Shown one piece after another: positions 44,598-53,288 of a DNA stretch of 64,000 nt; position 1 is the first letter of the stretch, and each line of letters begins with the position of its first letter. The position numbers and the translations under genes were made by a program. The stretch is taken from the NCBI GenBank assembly GCA_038060895.1, contig JBBTCT010000002.1:160001-224000 (forward strand), in the 5' to 3' direction. The stretch comes from Planctomycetota bacterium. GTDB taxonomy: Bacteria > Planctomycetota > MHYJ01 > WSZJ01. The notes under the pieces were generated by a model. That model saw only the letters and a program-made list of their open reading frames with translations, was not told where the DNA came from and made no database searches.

Positions 44598-47092
44598 GAC
44601 TTCACCCCTTCGACCTTCGCGCCGGGGGAGTCGGGGGCAAGGCGGAAACCGGACGCCAGCAGCTTGGACTTGCGCGGCTTCTCATTGGAAGCGGTGCCGT
44701 CGCCGCCCTCGGCCGGGGTCTTGACTTTCGACGCCTCAGGCCACTCGATCACCGGGAACGACTTCGGGCCGAAGCGCGCTTCGCGTCCGTGGTCCTTTTC
44801 CCAGACGGCCTTTGCGATTTTCTCGGGCGTGACCGGCGACTCGTCAACGCGGACGCCGATGGCGTCGTAGACGGCGTTGGCGACGCACGGCGGCATCGGG
44901 AGAAGCGGCCCCTGGCCGACTTCCTTTGCGCCGAAGGGACCGTTGGGATCGGGGTCCTCGATGAAGACGGTGTCGACCTCGGGCATCTCGAGCGTCGTCG
45001 GGGACTTGTATTCGAGCATCGACGGGTACTTGTGCACGAGCGCGCCGGAGAGGTTTGCGGGGAGGCGGCGGAAAGTCGACTCCTCCATGAGCGCTTCGCC
45101 GAGCCCCATGTAGACGCTGCCCTCGACCTGGCCGCGCGCGAGGATGGGGTTCATGACCTGGCCGATGTCGTGCGCGATCCACACTTTCTTCACGTCGAGG
45201 AAGCATGTGGCCTCGTCGACTTCGACCTCGACGACCGCGGCCGTGAACGAGTACGCGGGGCTTGGCCCGACGCCGCCGCCTTTGAACTTCGCGGGGGACG
45301 GGGGCGGCTTGTACGAGCCGGACGTGCCGAGAGTGCCGTGCATGGCTTCGCCGAGGATCACCGCGTCCTGGAACGAGACGCCCTTCGCGGGATCGGACGC
45401 ATCGAAGACACGCGCGCCGGCGAAGACGATCCGGTCCAGCGGGATCTCGAGTTTCTTTGAGACGGCCGTGCCGATGAGCGCCTTCGCGCGCTCCGCCGCC
45501 TGGATCGCCGCGTGGCCCATCATCAAGGTCACGCGCGAGGAGTACGACCCGAGGTCCACCGGCGTGATCCCCGTGTCGCCCGTCACGAGCCGCACGTCGC
45601 GCGTCGTCAGCCCGAGCACTTCCGCCACTGTCGCCGCGAGCACGTCGTCGGATCCCTGCCCGCAGTCCGTCGCGCCGCAGAACGCGACCACCGCGCCCGA
45701 ACGGTCGAATTGCAGTTGCACGCCCGTCTGAGGCAGATCGTTCCAGTAGATCGGCAGACCCGCCCCCGTGAGATACGTCGAGCACGCGAGCCCCACACCG
45801 CGCCCCTTCGGCAGCTTGCCCCACTTCTCATGGAACCCGGACCGCTTCACGACTTCCTCGATGCACCGCCGCAGCCCGCTCGTGCTGATCTTCATCCAGT
45901 TCGCCGTGATCGAGTTCGCCGGCGCCAGCTGCTTCAGACGCAGCTCCGCCGGGTCCATCCCCAGCGCCACCGCGATCTTGTCCATCTGGACTTCCTGGCC
46001 GAAGCGCGGTTGCACCGTCCCGTGGCCGCGCTTCGGTCCCGACGGCGGCTTGTTCGAGAACGTGCGGCAGCCGCGGAAGCGATAGGTCGGGAGCGCGTAG
46101 GTGACGGGCTGAAGCGCGCCGGTATAGAAGGTAGAAGCGACGCCGTACGAGCCGTACGCGCCGCCGTCGAGCAGCGTCTGCAGGTCCATGCCCGTGATCA
46201 TTCCGTCCTTGTTCACGCCCGTTCGGAACTTCATCTGCACCGGGTGGCGCCCACGGTGGCAGTAGAAGACCTCCTCGCGCGTAAGGCAGATCTTCACGGG
46301 CCGCCCCGTCAGCATCGCGGCCTTCGCGACGACGATTTCGTGGTTGAAGGGGTCCGTCTTGCCGCCGAAGCCGCCGCCGTTGGGCGTCGCGACGACGCGG
46401 ATGAGATGCGGCGCGATGGCGAGCGCCTTGGCCAGTGCGCGGTGGACGTAATGCGGTGTCTGCGTGGACGACCAGAGGCAGAGCTTTCCTTCCGTGTCCA
46501 TGAGCGCGACGGCCGCGTGCTGCTCGAGTGGGAGGTGAGTGTTCCCCTGGAAGAAGAAATGGTCCTCGAAGATCCGGTCGGCGCCGTCAATTGCCGCGTC
46601 GACGTTCCCGAACTCCAGCGCGACCGCCTTGTGGACGTTCCCGTGGTCGCCGTAGTCGTGGATGCGCGGCTCGGGGTTTTTCAGCGCGTCGAGCGAATCC
46701 GAGATCGTCTTGAGCGGCTCGTAGTCGACCCTGACCAGGAGCGCCGCTTCGATCGCAATTTCTTCGGAGGTCGCCACGACTGCTGCGACCGGGTCGCCCA
46801 CCATCCGCACCTTTTCGCGGCAGAGCGGGAACTCGTCCTGCGACACAGGGAGAATCCCGTACGAAACCGGGAAATCCGCGCCGGTCAGGACGGCCTTCAC
46901 GCCTTCCATCGCGAGCGCCTTCGAAGCGTCGATCCCCTTGATCACCGCGTGCGGCTGCGTCGAGCGCAGCAGCCTGCAGTGCAGCATCCGCGTGAAGACG
47001 AGATCGTCCGCGAATTTCGTCTGCCCGAGGACCTTCGCCTGCCCGTCAACGCGGCGCCGCGCCTGGCCGATGACCTTTAGGGGCGTTTTCAT
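44594..47092 (-). CDS. XDH-family molybdopterin-binding subunit (4-hydroxybenzoyl-CoA reductase alpha-like)
   Basis: STQTPH, GGGFGGK, RGHG, GSYSSR, GQVEG, GAKEVGQG. Confidence 0.9.
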   Translation of the reverse strand: MKTPLKVIGQARRRVDGQAKVLGQTKFADDLVFTRMLHCRLLRSTQPHAVIKGIDASKALAMEGVKAVLTGADFPVSYGILPVSQDEFPLCREKVRMVGDPVAAVVATSEEIAIEAALLVRVDYEPLKTISDSLDALKNPEPRIHDYGDHGNVHKAVALEFGNVDAAIDGADRIFEDHFFFQGNTHLPLEQHAAVALMDTEGKLCLWSSTQTPHYVHRALAKALAIAPHLIRVVATPNGGGFGGKTDPFNHEIVVAKAAMLTGRPVKICLTREEVFYCHRGRHPVQMKFRTGVNKDGMITGMDLQTLLDGGAYGSYGVASTFYTGALQPVTYALPTYRFRGCRTFSNKPPSGPKRGHGTVQPRFGQEVQMDKIAVALGMDPAELRLKQLAPANSITANWMKISTSGLRRCIEEVVKRSGFHEKWGKLPKGRGVGLACSTYLTGAGLPIYWNDLPQTGVQLQFDRSGAVVAFCGATDCGQGSDDVLAATVAEVLGLTTRDVRLVTGDTGITPVDLGSYSSRVTLMMGHAAIQAAERAKALIGTAVSKKLEIPLDRIVFAGARVFDASDPAKGVSFQDAVILGEAMHGTLGTSGSYKPPPSPAKFKGGGVGPSPAYSFTAAVVEVEVDEATCFLDVKKVWIAHDIGQVMNPILARGQVEGSVYMGLGEALMEESTFRRLPANLSGALVHKYPSMLEYKSPTTLEMPEVDTVFIEDPDPNGPFGAKEVGQGPLLPMPPCVANAVYDAIGVRVDESPVTPEKIAKAVWEKDHGREARFGPKSFPVIEWPEASKVKTPAEGGDGTASNEKPRKSKLLASGFRLAPDSPGAKVEGVKS

Positions 47093-47580
47093 TTCTTCGC
47101 TCCCGCTTCCATCTTTGCCGCGGCCTGCTCCACCGCTTCGAAGATCTGAATGTACCCCGTGCAGCGGCAGATGTTCCCGGCAAGCCCTTCGGCGATTTCC
47201 CGCCGCGTGGCGTGGGGTTTCTTGTCGAGAAGCGCCTTGGCCGTGCAGAGAAATCCCGGCGTGCAGTACCCGCACTGCGCTGCCCCGCAGTCGGCGAAGG
47301 CCTCCTGGAGAGGGTGAAGGCGCGCGTCGTTCGCGAGGCCCTCGACGGTGGTGACCTTCGTCCCATCCGCCTCGACCGCGAGCATCAGGCAGGAGAGGAC
47401 AGGCTTGCCGTCCACGAGGACGGCGCACGCCCCGCACTCGCCGAGCTCGCAGCCGTGTTTGGTGCCGGTGAGGTTCAGTTCTTCGCGGAGGACCTCGAGA
47501 AGCGTCTTGAAGCCGGGGAAAGTGACCGAGGTCTTGTCGCCGTTCAGCGTGATGTCGATGCGCTGCTCGCCATTCTTCAT
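47089..47580 (-). CDS. XDH-family 2x[2Fe-2S] subunit (HcrC/CoxS-like)
   Basis: GTKHGCELGECGAC...SC, QCGYCTPG, NICRCTGY. Confidence 0.95.
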   Translation of the reverse strand: MKNGEQRIDITLNGDKTSVTFPGFKTLLEVLREELNLTGTKHGCELGECGACAVLVDGKPVLSCLMLAVEADGTKVTTVEGLANDARLHPLQEAFADCGAAQCGYCTPGFLCTAKALLDKKPHATRREIAEGLAGNICRCTGYIQIFEAVEQAAAKMEAGAKK

Positions 47581-47750
47581 GACGGACACGATCCGCGATT
47601 CGCGGGGAGCATTCAAGCGAAATTTGAACGGGTGTTCAAAACAGGAACACTCGTCAGGTCGTCCCCTCTTCGAATGCGCTCACGGGGAGTGTCTATCCGC
47701 GGGCCGGCTGTCCTTGATCGTGGCCTGTGAGGGAGTCTAGAGTGCGACGC

Positions 47751-48200
47751 GTGAAGATCGTCCGCAGCGTCGTGCTCGCTTGCCTCCTGGGCGCGGTCGC
47801 CGTAGGTTGCAGATCTTCCTCGGAGGAATCGGCTCCCCAGGAGACTCACGAGCCGGACCCGAAGCCTGTAGCCCGGGACGAAGCCGCGGGTCTTGCCGAA
47901 GCACAGCGCTGGCTCGCGGGTGAAATCGATTTGAAGGAGCTGGAGGTCGTCTTCGACCAGCCGGCCCTGGATGAGCCGGGGCGCTACCTTGAAGGCCCAC
48001 CGCAAACTCTGCCGAAGCAGGATTCGGCTGTGCCGCGAAAGCAGGGGAACTCCGATGAAATTCACCGATCTGAAGCGAAAGATCCTGGTCGGACTGGCGC
48101 AACTGCGCTGCGGAGAGGGTGTGGACGGAGAAGCGTTCTTTCGACGCCTTCTGGCGCGGCGACGAGCGATGCCCTCGCGACGCTGTTCAGGGAAGCTTGA
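47751..48200 (+). CDS. Possible small lipoprotein, likely degraded or chimeric
   Basis: TAGAGT 7 nt before GTG; lipobox AVGC; C-terminal half low quality. Confidence 0.4.
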   Translation: MKIVRSVVLACLLGAVAVGCRSSSEESAPQETHEPDPKPVARDEAAGLAEAQRWLAGEIDLKELEVVFDQPALDEPGRYLEGPPQTLPKQDSAVPRKQGNSDEIHRSEAKDPGRTGATALRRGCGRRSVLSTPSGAATSDALATLFREA

Positions 48201-48277
48201 TAAGCGAGAGCGTTATTAATCGTTCAGGCCTCTTCATTTAATAAGGACTCGCGCACCCAACCCCCCGCGGCGCGTCC

Positions 48278-48283
48278 TATAAT
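48278..48283 (+). promoter_or_regulatory. Consensus -10 box of the FDH operon
   Basis: TATAAT 12 nt upstream of ATG 48296; no Shine-Dalgarno. Confidence 0.65.
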
Positions 48284-48295
48284 CGACACACACCC

Positions 48296-50272
48296 ATGCG
48301 CCCCAAATCCTACCCCCGCCTGACCACCCCGCTTGTCCGCGACGGCGGGCGCAAGGGCAAGCTGCGGCCGGCGACCTGGGACGAGGCGTTTGACCGGGCG
48401 GCGAAGGGGCTGCGCGCCGTGACGGACGCGCACGGGGCGAAGGCGCTGGGGATGTTCAGCTGCTCGAAGTCGACGAACGAGATGAACTTCGCGGCGCAGA
48501 AGTTTTCGCGCGTGATTTTCGGCTCGAACAACATCGACAGCTGCAACCGGACCTGACATGCCCCCAGCGTCGCGGGTCTCGCGGCGGTCTTCGGGGCGGG
48601 CGGGGGGACGAACTCCTACGAGGAGATCGAGAAGACGGACATCATCCTCCTCTGGGGCTCCAACGCGCGCGAGACGCACCCGATCTTTTTTCACCACCTG
48701 CTGAAGGGCATCCGGAGCGGCGCGCGGCTGGTGGCGGTGGATCCGCGGCGGACGTCGTCAGTGAAGTGGGCCGACATCTGGGCGGGGCTCGACGTCGGGT
48801 CGGACATCGCGCTCGCGAACGCGATCGGGCGCGAGATTCTCGCGGCCGGGCTGGAACACAGGGAGTTCATCGAGAACGCGACGACCGGGATTGAGGAGTA
48901 CCGCAAGGGCGTCGAGAAGTACACGCTCGCATTCGCGGAGAAGGAAACCGGCGTTCCGGCGAAGGTCATCCGCGAGATCGCGCACGCCTGGGCGAAGGCG
49001 AAGACGGGGACGATCTGCTGGACGCTCGGGATCACGGAACACCACAACGCGGTCGACAACGTCCTTTCGCTGATCGACCTCGCGCTGCTCACGGGAAAGG
49101 TCGGCCGATACGCGACGGGCATCAACCCGCTGCGCGGCCAGAACAACGTCCAGGGCGGCGGCGACATGGGGGCTCTTCCCGACCGGCTCCCCGGCTTCCA
49201 GCACGTCGAGAACGACGCGTTCCGCGCGAAGTTCGACGCGAAGTGGGGCGTCAAGGTGCCGCCGAAGAAGGGCTGGCACCTGTCGGACATGTTCGCGGCG
49301 ATGGGGCGCAAGGAGCTGCGCGCGCTGTACGTCATCGGCGAGAACCCGCTTCAGAGCGAAGCCGACCAGAACCACGCGCGGCACCTGCTCGAGGGGTTGG
49401 ACTTCATGATCGCGCAGGACATTTTCCTGACGAAGACGGCAGAGCTCGCGGACGTCGTGTTCCCGGCGGCCGCGGGGTGGTGCGAAACGGAAGGCACGGT
49501 GACCAACAGCGAGCGGCGCGTGCAGCGCGTGCGCAAAGCGGTGGAGCCGCCGACGGGCGCAAAGGACGACCTCGCGATCCTCTATGCGCTGGCGAAGAAG
49601 CTCGGGCACGACTGGGGACCGCCGGATGCGGAAGCGGTTTGGAACGAGCTGCGCACGCTGTCGCCGGTGCACGCAGGGATGAGCTACGCGCGCCTTGAAA
49701 AAATGCACGGGATCCAGTGGCCGTGCTATGACGAGACCCATCCGGGGGAGATGTTCCTGCACAGCCGGTTGTGGGAGCGGCCCGTGAAGGGTCCGCGGGT
49801 GGCGTTCTTCCCGGTGGAGCACGATCCGCCGGTGGAGAAACTGTCGAAGGAGTACCCGTTCCGGCTCACGACGGGACGGCGGCTCATGGAGTACAACACG
49901 GGCGTGCAGACGGCGGGTTACCACTCGACCCTTCGCCGCGGCGAGACGCTCGACCTGTCGCCGGAGGACGCTGTGAAAGTCGGCGTAAAGGACGGCGACG
50001 CGGTCCGAGTGTCGTCGGTGCGAGGCACCGTGGACGCGCCGGCGCACATCGACGACGGACTGCGGCCGGGGCTGGTGTTCATGACGCTGCATTTCGCCGA
50101 CGACGTCGCGACCAACCTCCTCACCATCGACGCGGTCGACCCGAAGTCAGGCACCGCGGAGTTCAAGGCGGCGGCGGTGAAGGTGGAGCGGATCGGAAGC
50201 GGCGACGCGCTGCCCGTTGCGAAGGCGAAGGGCGCGCACAAGCCGCAGGCGGAAACGGCGGGACATCACTGA
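48296..50272 (+). CDS. Selenocysteine-containing formate dehydrogenase catalytic subunit (FdhF/FdsA-like, lacks the N-terminal Fe-S domain)
   Basis: ORFs 48296-48556 and 48731-50272 are in frame across TGA 48554-48556, giving NNIDSCNRT-U-HAPSVAGL; LRGQNNVQG active-site Arg; GTVTNSERR; AEFK. Confidence 0.93.
48557..48597 (+). promoter_or_regulatory. Bacterial SECIS element
   Basis: 11 nt after TGA: stem CGTCGCG/CGCGGCG with GGTCT loop, same geometry as the E. coli fdhF SECIS; lower stem GCCCC/GGGGC. Confidence 0.85.
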
Positions 50273-50287
50273 CCTTCGACCGTGCCT

Positions 50288-50394
50288 TATCCGCGGCCCT
50301 TTCCGCGAGATTCGCCTTTATCCGCGTATGCTTTTTTCAGAAAAGAAACGGCATACGCGGACAAAAGCGAATGACGCGGAAACGTCCGCGGATA
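50288..50394. repeat. Long inverted repeat of ATCCGCG-type REP-like units
   Basis: 44-bp arms, 38/44 complementary by manual alignment; repeated TCCGCG/CGCGGA units. Confidence 0.8.
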
Positions 50395-50413
50395 CAGCCA
50401 GGAGAACAACGAC

Positions 50414-52279
50414 TTGGACCTTCGCCTAACCGGCCCTGAGCCCACCGATACCGAGCGCGCGTCCGTCGACAGCGTTCTCGGCTCGCCGGTCTCCGGCTGG
50501 GCGGGCGGAGAGCGCGATCTCGCCACGGAAAGCCACACGGCACTCACGGGCGGACACGAAGCGCGCTCGCGGCGCGACCTCCTGCTCCCCGCGCTTCACG
50601 CCATCCAGAACCGCTTCGGGTGGATCCCCCCGGGTGCGCTTCGCTACGTCTGCGAGCGCCTCACCGTCCCGCCTGCCGAAGCGTACGGCGTGGCGACCTT
50701 CTACCACATGTTCTCGACGACGCCGCGGCCCGCGGCGGTCGCGCACGTGTGCGATGACATCGCGTGCCGGATCAAGGGAAGCGAGAAAGTCTGCGCCGAG
50801 CTGGAGAAAAAGCTCGGCCCCGCCGGCCACGGCCATGCGGGAACGCCCGCGACCTGGCAGCGCAGCCCGTGCCTCGGCCAGTGCGAGCGCGGACCGGCCG
50901 CGATGATCGTGCGTGCGGGCGAGAAGCCGGAGACGTTCAACGTGCCGGGGACGGCGGAAGCGGTGCTTGCCGGTCTCAAGGGAGGCGCTTCCGGCGAAGA
51001 CCTCGACTCGATGCGGCGGAGCGTGCCGCAGGCGGGCGACGCGGGTCTCAAACTGATCCAGAGGATCGGGCGCGTTGACCCCGCCAGCCTCGAGGCGTAT
51101 CGCGCGAGCGGGGGCTACGCGGGGCTGAAGAAAGCGGTCGCGCTCGGGCCCGCCGCGACGATCTCGGAGGTCACCGCCAGCAAACTGGTCGGCCGCGGCG
51201 GCGCGGCGTTCCCGACGGGGCGCAAGTGGGACGCGGTCGCGAAGGAGCCCGCGAAGCCGCACTGGCTCATCTGTAACGCGGACGAGTCAGAGCCTGGGAC
51301 GTTCAAGGACCGGCTGCTGATGGAGGGCGATCCGTTCGCGGTCGTCGAGGGCATGACGATCGGCGGGTTCGCGACGGGGTGCGAGCACGGTTTCATCTAC
51401 ATCCGCGGCGAGTACCCGCTGGCGGCGAAGCGCATGCAGGCCGCGATCGACGCGGCGCGCGCCGCCGGGATGCTCGGCAAGAACGTGATGGGGGCGGGCT
51501 TCGCCTTCGACATCGAAATCCGCCGCGGCGCGGGGGCGTACATCTGCGGCGAAGAAACCGCGCTGATCAATTCGATCGAGGGCAAACGCGGCGAGCCGCG
51601 CAACAAGCCGCCCTTCCCCGTGCAGGTCGGACTCTTCAACAAGCCCACGCTCGTGAACAACGTCGAAACGCTCGCGAATGTCCCGCCGATCCTCGCGGGC
51701 GGAAGCGCCGCGTGGGCGGGGATCGGGACGACAGGCTCGGCGGGGCCGAAACTGTTCTGCCTGTGCGGGCACGTCGTGAAACCGGGGCTCTACGAAGTCC
51801 CGTTCGGGAAAACGCTGCGCGAAGTTCTCACGCTCGCGGGCGGCGCTTCCGGGAACATCCAGGCGATCCTCCTCGGCGGCGCGGCGGGGACGTTCGTGGG
51901 GCCCGACAAGCTCGACGTGCCGCTGACGTTCGAAGGCACGCGCGCGATCAACGCTTCGCTCGGCTCCGGCGTCATCCTCGTCTTCGACGACACCGTGCGC
52001 ATGACCGACATCCTGTCCCGCGTCGCGCGCTTCTTCCGCGACGAGTCCTGCGGCCAGTGCGTGCCGTGCCGCGTCGGCACGGCCCGGCAGGAAGAGCTGC
52101 TGACGAGGCTGCGCGACGGGAAGGCGCTGGGATCGCGCGAAGAGGAACTCGCGCTTTTCGCAGAGATCGCGCAGGCGATGCGCGACGCGTCGATCTGCGG
52201 CCTCGGCCAGACGGCCGCTTCGGCAATCGAGTCAGCGGTCGTGGCGCTGGGGCCGGCCGTGCTGGGAGGAACAAAGTGA
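50414..52279 (+). CDS. Fused NuoE-NuoF-like (FdsG+FdsB) NADH/FMN diaphorase subunit
   Basis: NuoE CxxxxC...CLGxC; NuoF GRGGAAFPTGxKW, NADESEPG, YICGEETAL, ESCGQCVPCRVG...ICGLG; AGGAG RBS then TTG. Confidence 0.93.
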   Translation: MDLRLTGPEPTDTERASVDSVLGSPVSGWAGGERDLATESHTALTGGHEARSRRDLLLPALHAIQNRFGWIPPGALRYVCERLTVPPAEAYGVATFYHMFSTTPRPAAVAHVCDDIACRIKGSEKVCAELEKKLGPAGHGHAGTPATWQRSPCLGQCERGPAAMIVRAGEKPETFNVPGTAEAVLAGLKGGASGEDLDSMRRSVPQAGDAGLKLIQRIGRVDPASLEAYRASGGYAGLKKAVALGPAATISEVTASKLVGRGGAAFPTGRKWDAVAKEPAKPHWLICNADESEPGTFKDRLLMEGDPFAVVEGMTIGGFATGCEHGFIYIRGEYPLAAKRMQAAIDAARAAGMLGKNVMGAGFAFDIEIRRGAGAYICGEETALINSIEGKRGEPRNKPPFPVQVGLFNKPTLVNNVETLANVPPILAGGSAAWAGIGTTGSAGPKLFCLCGHVVKPGLYEVPFGKTLREVLTLAGGASGNIQAILLGGAAGTFVGPDKLDVPLTFEGTRAINASLGSGVILVFDDTVRMTDILSRVARFFRDESCGQCVPCRVGTARQEELLTRLRDGKALGSREEELALFAEIAQAMRDASICGLGQTAASAIESAVVALGPAVLGGTK

Positions 52280-53250
52280 GCGACTCCCCGATCTGGTTCC
52301 AGCCGCCGCCGAGGCCGACGAACCCGCCTGCCCGCCCGCCTGCCAGCCCGCCCGCACTCCTGGACTGCACGATCGACGGGAAGGCGGTGAAGGTGCCGCA
52401 GGGGCAGACGATTCTCGAGGCGTGCCGCGCGCTCGGTATCGAGACGCCGACGCTCTGCTACCTCGAGAACCTGACGCCCGTAAACGTCTGCCGCGTCTGC
52501 GTCGTGGAGATCGCGGGGGCGCGGGTGCTGGCGCCGGCGTGTTCGCGCAAGGTCGAGAAGGGGATGGACATCAGGACGGACAGCCCGCGCGTTCGGCTGT
52601 CGCGCAAGATGGTGCTCGAGTTCCTCGCTTCGTCCGTGGACCTCTCCACCGCGCCGACGGTGAACGAATGGATGACGAAGTATGGCGCGAAGCCCGGACG
52701 CTACGGCGCCGCCTATCCCGCCGCGAAGGCGAATGGGCGCGACCACCGCGAACCGGGACACCATCACGACGGCGACGGCCGCGCCGAAACCGTCCACCAG
52801 CCCGTCAAGGTGGACAACGACCTCTACGTCCGCGACTACTCCAAGTGCATCCTCTGCTACAAGTGCGTCGAAGCCTGCGGCACTGACGCCCAGAACACCT
52901 TCGCCATCGCCGTCGCCGGCCGCGGCTTCGACGCCCGTATTTCCACCGAACACAACGTCTCCCTCCCCGACTCCGCCTGCGTCTATTGCGGCAACTGCAT
53001 CGGCGTCTGCCCCACCGGCGCGCTGATGTTCAAGAGCGAGCACGACATGCGCGCCGCGAAGACGTGGGACGAGAAGAAGCAGACGAAAACCGACACGATC
53101 TGCCCGTATTGCGGCGTCGGATGCACGCTGACGCTTCATGCGCAGGACAACAAGATCGTGAAAGTGACCTCGCCGATGGATGTCGAAATCACCCACGGGC
53201 ACTTGTGTATCAAGGGCCGGTTTGGGTATGGGTTTGTGCAGGGAAGCTGA
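52276..53250 (+). CDS. NuoG/FdsA N-terminal-like Fe-S subunit ending in a Molybdop_Fe4S4 domain
   Basis: PTLCY...CRVC...AC; CILCYKCVEAC; CVYCGNCIGVCP; terminal CPYCGVGC...LCIKGRFG; GTGA overlap. Confidence 0.92.
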   Translation: MSDSPIWFQPPPRPTNPPARPPASPPALLDCTIDGKAVKVPQGQTILEACRALGIETPTLCYLENLTPVNVCRVCVVEIAGARVLAPACSRKVEKGMDIRTDSPRVRLSRKMVLEFLASSVDLSTAPTVNEWMTKYGAKPGRYGAAYPAAKANGRDHREPGHHHDGDGRAETVHQPVKVDNDLYVRDYSKCILCYKCVEACGTDAQNTFAIAVAGRGFDARISTEHNVSLPDSACVYCGNCIGVCPTGALMFKSEHDMRAAKTWDEKKQTKTDTICPYCGVGCTLTLHAQDNKIVKVTSPMDVEITHGHLCIKGRFGYGFVQGS

Positions 53251-53288
53251 GAGCTGCCAGCGGCCCGTCGCCAGTGAAAGTCAACGAA

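Noticed and set aside
43521-47580. Assigning hcrA/hcrB/hcrC symbols
   Set aside because: Family resemblance is clear, but the altered catalytic motif and absence of aromatic-degradation genes leave the function unproven
48296-48556. Separate 86-aa ORF or FDH pseudogene
   Set aside because: The TGA is at the catalytic Sec position with a SECIS and the frame continues
50414-53250. Respiratory complex I nuoEFG
   Set aside because: No membrane Nuo subunits; the context is a soluble NAD-linked FDH
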